Source: Methanocaldococcus sp. 16A (lineage in GTDB: Archaea > AGJL01 > Methanococci > Methanococcales > Methanocaldococcaceae). Taken from it: a stretch of 64,000 bases of DNA. The stretch lies in assembly GCA_049860595.1 (NCBI GenBank), contig CP187551.1; one strand, written 5' to 3'. Position numbers and translations under genes: made by a program. Numbering within the stretch: position 1 is the stretch's first letter; the number at the start of each line of letters is the position of its first letter. Positions 10,686 to 22,311 of the stretch are shown here, piece after piece. The notes below the pieces were generated by a model. The model was not told the DNA's origin and searched no databases. It saw nothing but the letters and a program-made list of their open reading frames with translations.

Positions 10686-11948
10686 ATGAGGAAAATGTTG
10701 GTAATACCAATATCCATCTTTTTAATACTTGGAGTATTTTTTGCAGGATGTACAGAGAAAACTGAAAATGTCAATGAGAATGTAATAAAGATAGGAGTTT
10801 TAACTGACTTATCAGGTTCTTTATCCACTGATGGAAATCAGATAAAAAATGCATTAGAAATTGGTAAGGATGAGGTAAATAAATACTTTAAAGAGAAGGG
10901 ATTACCTTACAAGGTAGAACTTTACTTTGAAGACACTCAAACAAACCCATCATTATGTCTCCAAAAAGTTCAGGCATTGAAGGCAAAAGGTGTTAAGTTT
11001 ATTATAGGACCTACATCAAGTAGTGAAGTTAAAAATATCAAAAACTATGTAATGTCAAACGGAATGGTTATAATCTCACCATCTTCAACAGCTATTCCTA
11101 CAATGATTGGATTTTCAAAGCCAGAGGATAAAAAATACATCTTTAGATTTGTTCCAAACGATGAATTCCAAGGAAAGGCAATTGCTGGAGAAATAAAAGA
11201 CATGGGAATTAAAGAAGTTGTTGTTATCTACAGAGAGGATGCTTGGGGTAAAGGTTTAGAAAAAGCTGCTGTTGAAAACTTGAAAAAAGAAGGAATAAAT
11301 GTTATTGATGAGATACCATATCCAAGCACTCCAGAGCCATCAGATTGGAGCCCATACATCCAAAAGTTAGAAAATGACATCAATGGAAAAGACCCAAAAA
11401 CCACAGCTATATTAGCTATTGGATTTGAGGAATTAGCAACATTATTATCACAAATAAAAGATGACTCACCATTATTAAACTACAAATGGTTTGGTTCAGA
11501 TGGAATTGTTGATAGTGAAAAAGTCATGGAAGAGGCAAAAGATAAGGCAGTAAAAGTTGGCTTGTACTCAACAATATTCCATGGAGTTAGTGATGAAGCT
11601 AAGAAGTTAGAGGAAGAATATAAGAATAGAGGTTATGGAAAAGAAGTAAAACAGTATGCTTTAGTTGCTTACGATGCCTTGTGGGTTGGAGCTATATCCT
11701 ATGCTGAAATGTTACAAGAAGCTGGAAAATATGATGCTGATTTATTAGCTAAGAAGATAAAAGATAATGTTGTTAAATATACAAACGGTGAGTTTGGAGT
11801 TAAACCAGTTACTGGAGATTTATATCTAAATGAATGGAACGATAGAGCAAGTGGAAACTATGGAATCCACGCTGTAACAGAAGATGGATGGAAGTTAGTT
11901 GGAATATGGGACTACAAAACAGGAAAAATAACTTGGTTAGAAGAGTAA
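10686..11948 (+). CDS. Branched-chain amino acid ABC transporter substrate-binding lipoprotein (copy 2)
   Basis: FAGC lipobox; paralog of the upstream gene. Confidence 0.9.
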   Translation: MRKMLVIPISIFLILGVFFAGCTEKTENVNENVIKIGVLTDLSGSLSTDGNQIKNALEIGKDEVNKYFKEKGLPYKVELYFEDTQTNPSLCLQKVQALKAKGVKFIIGPTSSSEVKNIKNYVMSNGMVIISPSSTAIPTMIGFSKPEDKKYIFRFVPNDEFQGKAIAGEIKDMGIKEVVVIYREDAWGKGLEKAAVENLKKEGINVIDEIPYPSTPEPSDWSPYIQKLENDINGKDPKTTAILAIGFEELATLLSQIKDDSPLLNYKWFGSDGIVDSEKVMEEAKDKAVKVGLYSTIFHGVSDEAKKLEEEYKNRGYGKEVKQYALVAYDALWVGAISYAEMLQEAGKYDADLLAKKIKDNVVKYTNGEFGVKPVTGDLYLNEWNDRASGNYGIHAVTEDGWKLVGIWDYKTGKITWLEE

Positions 11949-12047
11949 CTTAATCAACCTATTTTTTAAATTTTTTAGTTTTTATCAATAAAGTATAAAA
12001 ATTATAATTTTTTATTTTTTAAATAGTGTTTTAATGCCAATTACTTT

Positions 12048-12821
12048 TTGAGGGATAAAATGGAAATTTTGAGAACAGAAAATATTGTAAAGTGTTTTGG
12101 GGAGTTTAGAGCTTTAAATGGAGTGTCTATAAGTGTAAATAAAGGAGATGTTACTTTAATTATAGGGCCGAATGGGAGTGGAAAATCAACACTAATAAAT
12201 GTCATCACTGGGTTTTTAAAGGCAGATGATGGGAAGGTTTATTTTGAAAATAAAGATATAACAAACAAAGAGCCAGCAGAACTCTATCATCATGGAATCG
12301 TTAGAACTTTCCAAACACCACAACCTTTAAAGGAGATGACAGTTCTTGAAAATTTGTTAATAGGAGAGATTAATCCAGGAGAAAGTCCATTAAAAGCTCT
12401 GTTTTATAAAAAATGGATTCCAAAAGAGGAAGAGATGGTTGAAAAGGCATTCAAAATATTGGAATTTTTGAAATTATCTCACTTATATGATAGAAAGGCT
12501 GGAGAGTTGAGTGGAGGGCAAATGAAACTTGTTGAAATTGGAAGAGCTTTAATGACAAATCCAAAAATGATTGTTATGGATGAGCCAATAGCTGGAGTAG
12601 CTCCAGGTTTTGCTCATGATATATTTAATCATGTCCTTGAATTGAAAGAGAAGGGAATAACTTTTCTAATTATTGAACACAGGTTGGATATTGTTTTGAA
12701 CTATATAGACCATTTATATGTTATGTTCAATGGGCAGATTATTGCTGAAGGTAGAGGAGAAGAAGAGATTAAGAAGGTTTTATCAGACCCAAAAGTCGTG
12801 GAAATTTATATTGGAGAATAA
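12048..12821 (+). CDS. livG: Branched-chain amino acid ABC transporter ATPase
   Basis: [23 protein letters not shown]. Confidence 0.92.
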   Translation: MRDKMEILRTENIVKCFGEFRALNGVSISVNKGDVTLIIGPNGSGKSTLINVITGFLKADDGKVYFENKDITNKEPAELYHHGIVRTFQTPQPLKEMTVLENLLIGEINPGESPLKALFYKKWIPKEEEMVEKAFKILEFLKLSHLYDRKAGELSGGQMKLVEIGRALMTNPKMIVMDEPIAGVAPGFAHDIFNHVLELKEKGITFLIIEHRLDIVLNYIDHLYVMFNGQIIAEGRGEEEIKKVLSDPKVVEIYIGE

Positions 12822-12824
12822 TAT

Positions 12825-13550
12825 TTGGTGATGAATATGATAAAGGTAAAAAACCTAAATGCTGGATATGGAAAATTACAGATACTATTTGATGTGAATG
12901 CAAAAATAGAAAAAGGAAAGATTACAACTGTTGTAGGCCCTAATGGAAGTGGAAAATCTACATTTTTAAAAACTTTGTTTGGTTTAACAAAGATATATTC
13001 TGGAGAGATTATATTTAAAGATAAGGATATAGCAAAAATTCCTCCTCACAAAAAAGCAAGGATGAAAATAGCTTATTTACCACAAACAAACAACGTATTT
13101 GCTAATTTAACTGTTGAAGAAAACCTAAAGATTGCTGGTTATGTGTTAGATAAAGATAAAGTTAAAGAGAGGATTGAAATTGCTTTAAATGTATTTCCAG
13201 AGCTTAAAGATATTTTAAAGAGAAAAGCAGGAACACTAAGTGGAGGACAAAGACAATTTTTAGCTATGGGAATGGCATTGGTTAGAGATGCTGAAGTTTT
13301 AATGTTAGATGAGCCAACGGCCCAACTATCACCAAAACTTGCAGAAGTGATTTTTGAAAAGATTATTGAGATGAGAGATAACTTTGGATTAACAATTTTA
13401 TTAGTTGAGCAAAATGCAAAGAGAGCTTTAGAGATTAGTGATAACGGATATATGTTTGTTAGTGGAAGAGTAGCATTTGAAGGTACTGCTGAAGAATTAT
13501 TGAATCATGAGAAGTTTAAAGAATATTCATTAGGAATAACCGCTATTTAA
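12825..13550 (+). CDS. livF: Branched-chain amino acid ABC transporter ATPase
   Basis: [28 protein letters not shown]. Confidence 0.92.
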   Translation: MVMNMIKVKNLNAGYGKLQILFDVNAKIEKGKITTVVGPNGSGKSTFLKTLFGLTKIYSGEIIFKDKDIAKIPPHKKARMKIAYLPQTNNVFANLTVEENLKIAGYVLDKDKVKERIEIALNVFPELKDILKRKAGTLSGGQRQFLAMGMALVRDAEVLMLDEPTAQLSPKLAEVIFEKIIEMRDNFGLTILLVEQNAKRALEISDNGYMFVSGRVAFEGTAEELLNHEKFKEYSLGITAI

Positions 13551-13559
13551 GGTGAAAAC

Positions 13560-14471
13560 ATGATTTTAGAGGGAGCAATTATTTATTCCAACCTTTTAGT
13601 TTTATTGGCTTTAGGATTAACTCTAACTTATATAACAACAAACGTTCCAAACTTTGCCCAAGGAAGTTATGCAATAGTTGGGAGTTATGTTGCTTTAACC
13701 ATGTTAAAGTTGTTTGATATAAGTCCTTATCTTTCTCTGCCAGTATTATTTGTTGTTGGGGCAGTTGTTGGTTTAATAACTTACTTAGCTTTAAAGCCAT
13801 TGATAAAAAGAGGAGCTTCAGTAGAGATTTTAATGATTGCTACATTGGCAATTGATTTGATATTGTTGGGAGCTATTGGGGCTTATTCTGAAATATTAAG
13901 TGCAATTGTTGGCTCTACTCAGGCAAAATTCGTTTTTGCAAACTTAGACTTTACGGCATTTGGATTTAAAGGAATTTTGTTCGTTTCAACGTTTGTTATT
14001 ATTTTACTATTAATTGGGCTTTATCTTCTATTGTATAAAACAAAGTTTGGTATTGCTTTAAGAGCATCAATGGAAAATCCTTCCCTTGCTCAAACAATGG
14101 GGATTGATGTAGAAAAAACAAGATTATTCTCTTGGATTCTATCTGGAGCTTTAGCTGGGGTTGCTGGAGGACTTTTACCTTTCATGCAAGAAATTGTTCC
14201 AGCCACTGGAGGTTTAATAATTATTTCAATCTTTGCAGCAAGTATTGTTGGAGGATTGAGACATATAAGTGGGGCGTTAATTGGAGGTTATATAATTGGA
14301 GTATCTGAAAGTTTAATAACCTATTACTTGGCATCAGTATTTGGAACTGGATTCTTAGTTTATGGAAAGGTTATCTCTCTAATTATAATGATAATAACAT
14401 TGTTAGTAGCACCTTATGGAATTACAGGAGTTGATTGGAAGAAAGTTAAAAAAATGCTTTCCACTTCATAA
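13560..14471 (+). CDS. livH: Branched-chain amino acid ABC transporter permease
   Basis: LALGLTLTY...NFAQG; GIALRASMENP; hydrophobic. Confidence 0.9.
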   Translation: MILEGAIIYSNLLVLLALGLTLTYITTNVPNFAQGSYAIVGSYVALTMLKLFDISPYLSLPVLFVVGAVVGLITYLALKPLIKRGASVEILMIATLAIDLILLGAIGAYSEILSAIVGSTQAKFVFANLDFTAFGFKGILFVSTFVIILLLIGLYLLLYKTKFGIALRASMENPSLAQTMGIDVEKTRLFSWILSGALAGVAGGLLPFMQEIVPATGGLIIISIFAASIVGGLRHISGALIGGYIIGVSESLITYYLASVFGTGFLVYGKVISLIIMIITLLVAPYGITGVDWKKVKKMLSTS

Positions 14472-14493
14472 TTTAATTTTTTGAGGTGAAAGA

Positions 14494-15531
14494 ATGATTG
14501 TTGAGCTTATATCGTTAATCTTATTGTGGTTTGGTATCTATTATATAGTATCATTATCCTTAAATATGGAATTTGGTTACGCTGGAATCCCAAACTTTGG
14601 TAAAGCTTTATCTGTTTTAGTTGGGGCAATTGCAGTTGGAGGAATTTTAGATAGGTTGTTAATGCTTTATTTTGGTGTTGGAGGAGGGTTGATTGAGGGC
14701 TCTACTTATGCAACATCTATGATAAATGATGTAATTGCTTCAAATCCATTAGTTGGAATTGGAATTTTAATATTGGCTATAATATTAGCTTCAATTCTTG
14801 GATTTATTGTTGGAGCCATCTTTATTTTACCAAGTGCTAAGTTAAAAGAGGATTATTTGGGGGTTACATTATTAGCTATAAGTGAAGCTGTGCTTTTAGT
14901 TTGTACTTATAATCTAAATATAATTGGTGACTATTATGGAATCTCAACACCTGATATCTTAGCGTTTGTCTCTGGGGAGTACAGAGGTTGGGTATTTACA
15001 GGAATAGTGTTATTTATTGCCTTCTTAGTTTATTTATTCTTTGAAAGATTGTTAAATACTCCATTTGGTAGAGTATTAAAGGCAATGAGAGAAAATGAAG
15101 ACACTGTTAAGGCGTTTGGTAGAGACATAATGAAGTTGAGGATAAAAACAATGGCAATTGGTTCTGCAATTGGGGCAATTGCCGGGGCTTTGTATTCCTT
15201 ATATACAGTAAATATAGTTGCTAATGCATTTACAAGGGTTGAATGGACGTTTTTCCCATTCTTAATGGTTTTATTGGGAGGAAAAGGAAATAATAAAGGA
15301 GTTGCTTTAGGGGTTTTATGCTATGTTATAGTTAAAGTATTATTAGATGTTTATAAATATGATTTAAAATATACCTTAAATATTCCATTTGAGCCGGTTT
15401 GGTTATCCTATATCCTATTTGGAGTTTTAATGCTTCTCATTCTTTACTATAAGCCGTCTGGTTTAATACCTGAAAAGCCAATTATAACAGCCCCTATGAA
15501 AAAGAAAATTATGGAAATTAGTAATAAATAA
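14494..15531 (+). CDS. livM: Branched-chain amino acid ABC transporter permease
   Basis: SLNMEFGYAGIPNFG, DYLGVTLLA, PFGRVLKAMRENE. Confidence 0.9.
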   Translation: MIVELISLILLWFGIYYIVSLSLNMEFGYAGIPNFGKALSVLVGAIAVGGILDRLLMLYFGVGGGLIEGSTYATSMINDVIASNPLVGIGILILAIILASILGFIVGAIFILPSAKLKEDYLGVTLLAISEAVLLVCTYNLNIIGDYYGISTPDILAFVSGEYRGWVFTGIVLFIAFLVYLFFERLLNTPFGRVLKAMRENEDTVKAFGRDIMKLRIKTMAIGSAIGAIAGALYSLYTVNIVANAFTRVEWTFFPFLMVLLGGKGNNKGVALGVLCYVIVKVLLDVYKYDLKYTLNIPFEPVWLSYILFGVLMLLILYYKPSGLIPEKPIITAPMKKKIMEISNK

Positions 15532-15644
15532 TTAAATTAATAAAGTTTTTATAATAAATCCATCTTATTTATTTTTCCTGGAATTTTATATATTGTATCA
15601 TTAAAATTTTTATCTCTATTTTATTAAATAAAATTTAAAATTAA

Positions 15645-15737
15645 ATAGAACTTTTGCAGGTTATATATGCACTTTGAAACTTTGACACCATTAGGTGTCT
15701 ATATTTAATAAAAAATTCATTCCTGCAAAAGTCCTAT
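15645..15737. repeat. Palindromic intergenic mini-element (MJRE-like)
   Basis: ATAGAACTTTTGCAGG ... CCTGCAAAAGTCCTAT; inner hairpin GACACCATTAGGTGTC. Confidence 0.85.
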
Positions 15738-15804
15738 AATTTTTAAGCGTATAGAGATGCTATATTTTAAATCACTAAAATACAGCGTTTTTTGGTGATA
15801 GGAC

Positions 15805-16299
15805 ATGATTATTAAAGGAAGTGTTCATAAATTTGGGGACGATGTAGATACAGATGCAATAATCCCAGGACCTTATTTGAGAACTACAGACCCTTATGAA
15901 TTAGCTTCACACTGTATGGCAGGGATTGATGAAAATTTCCCAAAAAAAGTTAAAGAGGGAGATGTAATAGCTGCAGGAGAAAACTTTGGATGCGGTTCAA
16001 GTAGAGAGCAAGCAGTAATAGCAATAAAATACTGTGGAATTAAAGCAGTTATAGCTAAAAGTTTTGCAAGAATATTTTATAGAAATGCCATAAATATTGG
16101 ATTAATCCCTATTATTGCTAATACTGATGAGATTGAAGATGGTGACATAGTTGAGATTGATTTAGATAGAGAGGAAATTAAAATAATCAATAAAAACAAA
16201 ACAATAAAATGTGAAACACCAAAAGGTTTAGAAAGAGAGATTTTAAATGCAGGAGGATTAGTTAATTATTTAAAACTAAAAAAAGGTGTAAAGGTATGA
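15805..16299 (+). CDS. aksE: Homoaconitase small subunit (LeuD paralog)
   Basis: [15 protein letters not shown] (YLRT loop of methanogen homoaconitase), NFGCGSSRE. Confidence 0.85.
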   Translation: MIIKGSVHKFGDDVDTDAIIPGPYLRTTDPYELASHCMAGIDENFPKKVKEGDVIAAGENFGCGSSREQAVIAIKYCGIKAVIAKSFARIFYRNAINIGLIPIIANTDEIEDGDIVEIDLDREEIKIINKNKTIKCETPKGLEREILNAGGLVNYLKLKKGVKV

Positions 16300-16790
16300 T
16301 GTTAGAGTTAAATGGATTGCATGCTGGTTTAAGATTTTCTTCAGCTCATATTGTATTTGGACATCCAACTTGTGGAGTAATACATGGACATTCTTATTAT
16401 GTAGATGTAAAACTCTATGGAGATAGAGCTGGAGAGTTCAGATTTGTTTGTGATTTTAAAATAATTAAAAAGATTGTAAAAGAGATTTGTAATAAATTAG
16501 ACCACAAATTAATACTTCCAAAAAATCATGAAAAGGTTTATTATGAGTTAATGGACAAAACCTTATACTTTAAATATGAGAATAAAGAATACAGTATTCC
16601 TGTTGAGGATGTTATACTTTTGCCTATTCCATCCACCACGTCTGAAGATTTGGCAGTATATTTTGCTAATGAAATAGCAGATAGATTAAAAAATCTCGGT
16701 TTTTCAAATATAACATGGATAGAGGTCTCTATCAACGAGGGAATAGGGCAGGGAGCTTGCTATAGAAAATACTTAAAAGAGGTGAAATAA
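16296..16790 (+). CDS. queD: 6-carboxytetrahydropterin synthase (PTPS family)
   Basis: FSSAH...CGVIHGHSY, DF, LDH, TSE motifs. Confidence 0.85.
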   Translation: MMLELNGLHAGLRFSSAHIVFGHPTCGVIHGHSYYVDVKLYGDRAGEFRFVCDFKIIKKIVKEICNKLDHKLILPKNHEKVYYELMDKTLYFKYENKEYSIPVEDVILLPIPSTTSEDLAVYFANEIADRLKNLGFSNITWIEVSINEGIGQGACYRKYLKEVK

Positions 16791-17842
16791 TGGATAAAAT
16801 CTTAGAGAAAGTTAGAGCGAAATCAGAGATTCCAGTATACGACAAGTCAGTTGAGAGTGTTTTATCAGCTATTTTAACAACTAGCGATTTTTGGAAAATT
16901 GTTGATTTGAGTGAGGAGCCATTACCTTTAGTTGCTGATATTATAAGGGTTTTGGAGGAGGAGGGGTTAGTAAAAATAGGTAATGGAATAGAATTTACTG
17001 AGAAAGGGAATGAATTTATAAAATCCTATGGAATTGGTAAAAAAGATGATAGCGTTTGTGAATACTGTGTAGGGAGAGGTGTTTCTTTAAAGAATTATCA
17101 AGATTTATTAGAAAAATTTAAAGAGATTGTTAAAGACAGACCTATGCCAAAGCATGAATATGACCAAGGTTTCGTTACACCTGAATGCACAATATCAAGA
17201 ATTGCATTGATGAACTCAAGGGGAGATTTATTCAATAAGGATGTTTTAGTTTTAGGAGATGATGACTTAACAAGCATTGCCTTAATGCTCTCAAACTTAC
17301 CAAGAAAAATAGTTGTTGTAGATATTGACGATAGATTAATTAATTTCATAAAAGAAGTAGCTGAACAATTAAATTACAAAAATATTGAAGTTATAACCTT
17401 AGATTTAAGAAAACCACTACCAGATAAATACAGTAAAGCATTTGATACTTTTATAACTGACCCACCAGAGACGGTCTATGCAGTAAAAACATTCATTGGT
17501 AGGGGAATATCAGCATTAAAAGGAGAAAGAAGAGCTGGTTACTTTGGAATTACAAGAAGAGAAAGCTCTTTAGATAAATGGAGAGAGATTCAAAGAACAT
17601 TAATAAATGACTTCAATGTAGTTATAACTGACATAATAAGAAATTTCAACCACTATGTAAATTGGGGTTATGAAGAAGAAACAAGAGCTTGGAAATTAGC
17701 TCCAATAAAGAAAAAACCAGAAGATATTTGGTATAAATCCTATATGTTTAGAATAGAAACTTTGAAAGATAGTAAAGGGTTTGAGGAAGAAGTTGATGTT
17801 GGAGATGAATTATACAATGACGCTGAAAGTTCAACAACATAA
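16790..17842 (+). CDS. bpsA: N4-bis(aminopropyl)spermidine synthase (branched-chain polyamine synthase)
   Basis: YDQGFVT, LGDDDLTS, FITDPPET. Confidence 0.92.
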   Translation: MDKILEKVRAKSEIPVYDKSVESVLSAILTTSDFWKIVDLSEEPLPLVADIIRVLEEEGLVKIGNGIEFTEKGNEFIKSYGIGKKDDSVCEYCVGRGVSLKNYQDLLEKFKEIVKDRPMPKHEYDQGFVTPECTISRIALMNSRGDLFNKDVLVLGDDDLTSIALMLSNLPRKIVVVDIDDRLINFIKEVAEQLNYKNIEVITLDLRKPLPDKYSKAFDTFITDPPETVYAVKTFIGRGISALKGERRAGYFGITRRESSLDKWREIQRTLINDFNVVITDIIRNFNHYVNWGYEEETRAWKLAPIKKKPEDIWYKSYMFRIETLKDSKGFEEEVDVGDELYNDAESSTT

Positions 17843-17858
17843 AAAATTTTTAATATTT

Positions 17859-18632
17859 TTAAATATTTTCACATAGATATTTTAACGCATCTTCTTCCAT
17901 GAAATGAAGTTTTCCAGGAATTATTATACAATGCAATGGCTCACCAAAATCATAATTAATTAAATCTTTTATCTTTCCATAAACAAGTTTTGGTTTTAAA
18001 CTTCCCGCTCTTGCTACAACAACAGCTTTTGTGTCTTCAGATATAACATTTTCTTTTTTTCTATTTTCAAGCTCTAACAGTATTTTTAATCCTTCATTTG
18101 CCGTCATAAACCTCTTTTCATTTTCATCAACTCTAATATCTAATAAGCAGAGAGTATGTAATCCTCTCTCTAAATTTTCTTTTATTACATTATAAGGAGT
18201 TTCTGGGAAGTAATTTTCCTCTGGAAACACAATTGAAGCGGTTCTACCAAATTTATATAACTGTAATCCTGTAATTCCAACAGCTGAATAAATTGATGGA
18301 GCATTTATTATTAAAACTTCAATCCCTTTCTTTTTTGCCTCTATTGCTAAATCTACATGAGTAGTGGCAACCATGGGGTCGCCAGCTGTTAAGAACATTA
18401 TATCCTTATCTTTTGCCTCTTCTATCAACTTATATCCTTCATATTCAACCTCTTTCCTACTCAAAACATGTATCTTTTTACCTAAAACCTCTTCTATCTT
18501 TTCTATTGTAGTTCCAGTTAAAACTGCAGTGTAAAATTCAGCGTAAATTTTATTTACTTTCTTAGCATATTTTAATGTCTTTAATGTCATATCATTTTCA
18601 TCATAAAGTCCTAATCCAGCCAAGATTAGCAT
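17859..18632 (-). CDS. dph5: Diphthine synthase
   Basis: GLGLYD, AEFYT, GDPMVATTH, GLQLYKFG, HTLCLLDI. Confidence 0.97.
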   Translation of the reverse strand: MLILAGLGLYDENDMTLKTLKYAKKVNKIYAEFYTAVLTGTTIEKIEEVLGKKIHVLSRKEVEYEGYKLIEEAKDKDIMFLTAGDPMVATTHVDLAIEAKKKGIEVLIINAPSIYSAVGITGLQLYKFGRTASIVFPEENYFPETPYNVIKENLERGLHTLCLLDIRVDENEKRFMTANEGLKILLELENRKKENVISEDTKAVVVARAGSLKPKLVYGKIKDLINYDFGEPLHCIIIPGKLHFMEEDALKYLCENI

Positions 18633-18760
18633 TTATATCACCTTATTTAATTTTTACATTTAATCAAATATAAAAATATTTGCATAATATAAAATAAATT
18701 AAATATTAATATTAAAATTATTACTTTTGGTTATTATTGTTAGTGAAATAGAATGGTGGA

Positions 18761-19939
18761 ATGGTGGATACATACTTATTATTCTTTATAATCTTAGCAA
18801 TTGTATTTGTCATACCTAATTTATTGAGAAAGTTTAATGTTCCAGCTATAACTTCAGTAATATTAGCTGGAATACTAATTGGGCCACATGGATTAAATAT
18901 TCTACAATTAGATGAAACGTTAAAGATATTTGCAGATTTTGGAGCAATATTTCTAATGTTTTTAGCAGGAATGGAAATAGATAATGAAACATTGAGAGAT
19001 GAATTTAAAAATTCAATAGTTATTAGTATATTTTCATTAACAATACCTGCCATTGGAGGTTATCTAATTGGGAGATTATTTGGCCTTAATTTTATTGGAG
19101 CTTTACTCTATGCCTCAATATTTTCTTCACACTCTGTAGGTGTAGTTTACTCATTAATAAATGAGCTAAAATTAACAAAATCAAAATTTGGGACAACAGT
19201 GTTAAGTGCCACAATTATTGTAGATATAGTGAGTTTAATTATATTATCAATAATCATTAAAATGAGCACAAATTCCTATAACACTGACATTTTGTACTAT
19301 GTATTATTAGTGGTTCTTTATATTAGTGTACTTTTATTAACTATCCCTTTCATCTCAAAAATAATATTTGAAAGATACAAACACTATCATATAAGGAGAA
19401 TACACTTTGTCCTTTTTATTATACTGATATCTGTACTTGTTGGTGAGCATATTGGGCTTCATCCAATAATAGGAGCATTTATAACAGGAGTTGCAGTTTC
19501 TGAAGCATTAACAAAAGAGGAACATGATGAAATATTAAATAAAAATTTAAATGCAATAGGTTATGGATTCTTTATCCCAATATTTTTCTTAACTTTAGGG
19601 ATGAGCGTAGATATTGGAGTTTTATCAAATCCAAAAAATATAACTTTAATTCTAGCCACTGTTGTGGGATTAATTAGCTTAAAAACAATATCTGGATATA
19701 TTTCATTTAGAATTTTAGGGTATGATAAATTAAAAAGTATATGTGGGGGATTACTAACAACACCACAAGTTTCAGCTTCATTAGTTGCAGCAACTGTTGG
19801 TAGGGAGTTAGGCATCTTATCAAACGAATTTTTTGTAGCAGTTGTAGCTCTCTCTCTAATTACATCAACAATAATCCCAATAGTAGTGAAGCATATATTT
19901 GTTAAAAATTGTAGTAAATATAAAAATAAAAATAAATAA
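18761..19939 (+). CDS. CPA2-family Na+/H+ antiporter
   Basis: GILIGPHGL, LMFLAGMEID, GAFITGV, FFIPIFF; multi-TM. Confidence 0.9.
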   Translation: MVDTYLLFFIILAIVFVIPNLLRKFNVPAITSVILAGILIGPHGLNILQLDETLKIFADFGAIFLMFLAGMEIDNETLRDEFKNSIVISIFSLTIPAIGGYLIGRLFGLNFIGALLYASIFSSHSVGVVYSLINELKLTKSKFGTTVLSATIIVDIVSLIILSIIIKMSTNSYNTDILYYVLLVVLYISVLLLTIPFISKIIFERYKHYHIRRIHFVLFIILISVLVGEHIGLHPIIGAFITGVAVSEALTKEEHDEILNKNLNAIGYGFFIPIFFLTLGMSVDIGVLSNPKNITLILATVVGLISLKTISGYISFRILGYDKLKSICGGLLTTPQVSASLVAATVGRELGILSNEFFVAVVALSLITSTIIPIVVKHIFVKNCSKYKNKNK

Positions 19940-19947
19940 AATAAAAT

Positions 19948-21609
19948 TTAATCGTATCTTAACACAGCTCCTTCATCAGCTGATGTTACAAGCTTAGCAT
20001 ATCTTGCTAAGTAACCTTTTTTGACCTTTGGTTCAGGTTTTTTCCATTTAGCTAATCTTTCTTTAATCTCCTCCTCTTCTAAAGCCAAATCCAATTTTTT
20101 GTTTATCATATCTATTTTAATTATATCTCCATCCTCAACTATTGCAATAGGTCCTCCGGCCATTGCTTCTGGTGAAACGTGTCCTATGCAAGGCCCTCTA
20201 CTACCTCCACTGAATCTACCATCTGTAATTAATGCAACTGAATCATCTAACCCCATTCCACATATTGCTGAAGTTGGAGATAGCATCTCCCTCATCCCAG
20301 GTCCTCCTGCAGGGCCTTCATATCTAATAACTACAACATCTCCCCTCTCAATCTCTCCTCCTAATATAGCGTCAACTGCTTCTTCCTCACTATCAAATAC
20401 TCTTGCAGGCCCTTCATGTTTATACATCTTTGGATTTACAGCCCCAATTTTAACCACTGCTCCATTAGGAGCTAAGCTTCCTTTCAATATTCTCAAACCA
20501 GCTGTTTCATGGACTGGATTGTCTATTGGTCTGATAATATTATAATCAATGTACTTAACTTCATTAATTATCTCTCCAATGGTTTTTCCACTAACTGTTA
20601 GGCAGTTTTTCCTTATTTTCTCTTCTAAAACTTTTAATACAGCAGGAATACCTCCAGCTCTATGTAAATCAATTATAAAGTGTTCTCCTCCAGGTCTTAA
20701 AGAAGCTATATGAGGCACTTCATCACTCAACCTATCAAAGTCATCTAATGTTATAAATTTTGGCTTTATTTCATTTGCTATTGCTGGAATATGTAAGGTT
20801 GTGTTTGTTGAACCTCCCAAAGCTAAATCTACCAATATAGCATTTTCAAATGCCTCTTTAGTTAAAATCTTATCTGGAGTTACATTATTTCTAACTAAAT
20901 CAACTATTCTCATCCCACTTCTCTTAGCTATTCTTATCTTTTCTGCTGTTGTTGCATGAGCTGTTGCGCAATAAGGTAACGATAAACCCATAGCTTCAGT
21001 TAAACAAGCCATTGTATTTGCTGTAAATAAACCTGCACAGCTTCCAGCCCCTGGACATGCAATATCTTCAATTTCTTTAAGTTCTTCCTCTGTAATTTTT
21101 CCAGCTGCACAAGCCCCAACTCCCTCAAATACGCTTATTAAATCATACTTTCTGCCTCTCAACTCTCCAGGAAACATCGGCCCTCCAGTGACAACTATAA
21201 ATGGTAATCCAGTCCTTATAGCTCCCATTATCATTCCAGGGACTATTTTATCACAGCTTGGAATTAAAACTAATCCATCAAATCCATGAGCTTTTGCCAT
21301 ACTTTCTACAGTATCTGCAATGATCTCTCTTGAAGGTAGGGAATATCTCATCCCCTCATGTCCCATTGCTATTCCATCACATATTGCCATTGTGTTGAAT
21401 TCAAAGGCAGTTCCTCCATTTGCATATATTCCTTTTTTTACTGCTTCAGCAATATCTCTTAAATGTATATGTCCAGGAACAACTTCAGTAAAGCTATTAA
21501 CAACTCCAATAAAAGGTCTTTCTATCTCTTCATCAGTGTATCCGCAAGCTTTTAATAAACTTCTATTTGGAGCTCTTTTTATTCCTTTTTTTACTCTATC
21601 ACTTATCAT
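19948..21609 (-). CDS. ilvD: Dihydroxy-acid dehydratase
   Basis: [28 protein letters not shown]. Confidence 0.98.
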   Translation of the reverse strand: MISDRVKKGIKRAPNRSLLKACGYTDEEIERPFIGVVNSFTEVVPGHIHLRDIAEAVKKGIYANGGTAFEFNTMAICDGIAMGHEGMRYSLPSREIIADTVESMAKAHGFDGLVLIPSCDKIVPGMIMGAIRTGLPFIVVTGGPMFPGELRGRKYDLISVFEGVGACAAGKITEEELKEIEDIACPGAGSCAGLFTANTMACLTEAMGLSLPYCATAHATTAEKIRIAKRSGMRIVDLVRNNVTPDKILTKEAFENAILVDLALGGSTNTTLHIPAIANEIKPKFITLDDFDRLSDEVPHIASLRPGGEHFIIDLHRAGGIPAVLKVLEEKIRKNCLTVSGKTIGEIINEVKYIDYNIIRPIDNPVHETAGLRILKGSLAPNGAVVKIGAVNPKMYKHEGPARVFDSEEEAVDAILGGEIERGDVVVIRYEGPAGGPGMREMLSPTSAICGMGLDDSVALITDGRFSGGSRGPCIGHVSPEAMAGGPIAIVEDGDIIKIDMINKKLDLALEEEEIKERLAKWKKPEPKVKKGYLARYAKLVTSADEGAVLRYD

Positions 21610-21683
21610 TTTATCCCTCTAAATAAAATTTAGATATTCTACTTTAAAGAAATTCAAAAATAAAAATAGAAAGTAAATTTAAT

Positions 21684-22193
21684 TTACTGGCTTTCAGCTT
21701 CCATCTTTTTCTTTAAATATGGCATTAATCCACCTGCCTCTAAGATTTCCATCATGAATTCTGGCAATTTATTTCCTTTCATTACTTCTCCAGTGGTTAA
21801 GTTTTTAATCTCTCCAGTTTTTAAATTAACTTCCAATTCATCTCCTTCATTAACCTTCTCTGAAATTCCTTTACATTCAATCAATGGCAATCCAACGTTA
21901 ATAGCATTTCTATAAAATATTCTTGCAAAGCTTTCAGCAATGACACAGCTAATTCCTGCTCCTTTTAATCCTAATGGAGCGTGTTCTCTACTTGAACCAC
22001 AACCAAAGTTCTTTCCTCCAACAATTATATCTCCTGGCTTAACTTTTTTTGGAAAGTCAGGGTCTGCTCCAGTCATAACAAACTGAGCTAATTCTTCAGG
22101 TTTTGTATAAACTAAGTATCTTGCTGGTAATATGGCATCTGTATCTATGTTATCTCCAAACTTCCAAACTCTTCCTTTTATTACACTCTGCAT
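21684..22193 (-). CDS. leuD: 3-isopropylmalate/citramalate isomerase small subunit
   Basis: [27 protein letters not shown]; start at ATG 22193 after a GGTGA RBS. Confidence 0.92.
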   Translation of the reverse strand: MQSVIKGRVWKFGDNIDTDAILPARYLVYTKPEELAQFVMTGADPDFPKKVKPGDIIVGGKNFGCGSSREHAPLGLKGAGISCVIAESFARIFYRNAINVGLPLIECKGISEKVNEGDELEVNLKTGEIKNLTTGEVMKGNKLPEFMMEILEAGGLMPYLKKKMEAESQ

Positions 22194-22311
22194 AACTCTC
22201 ACCTTATAAAGTTCTATTAAAAATAAAAAAAGATTCAAAGTATAATAAATACTTTTATGACTCCATATATTTTTTAAGTATTTAAGGTATAGGAGAGATA
22301 ATTAGTAAGGA

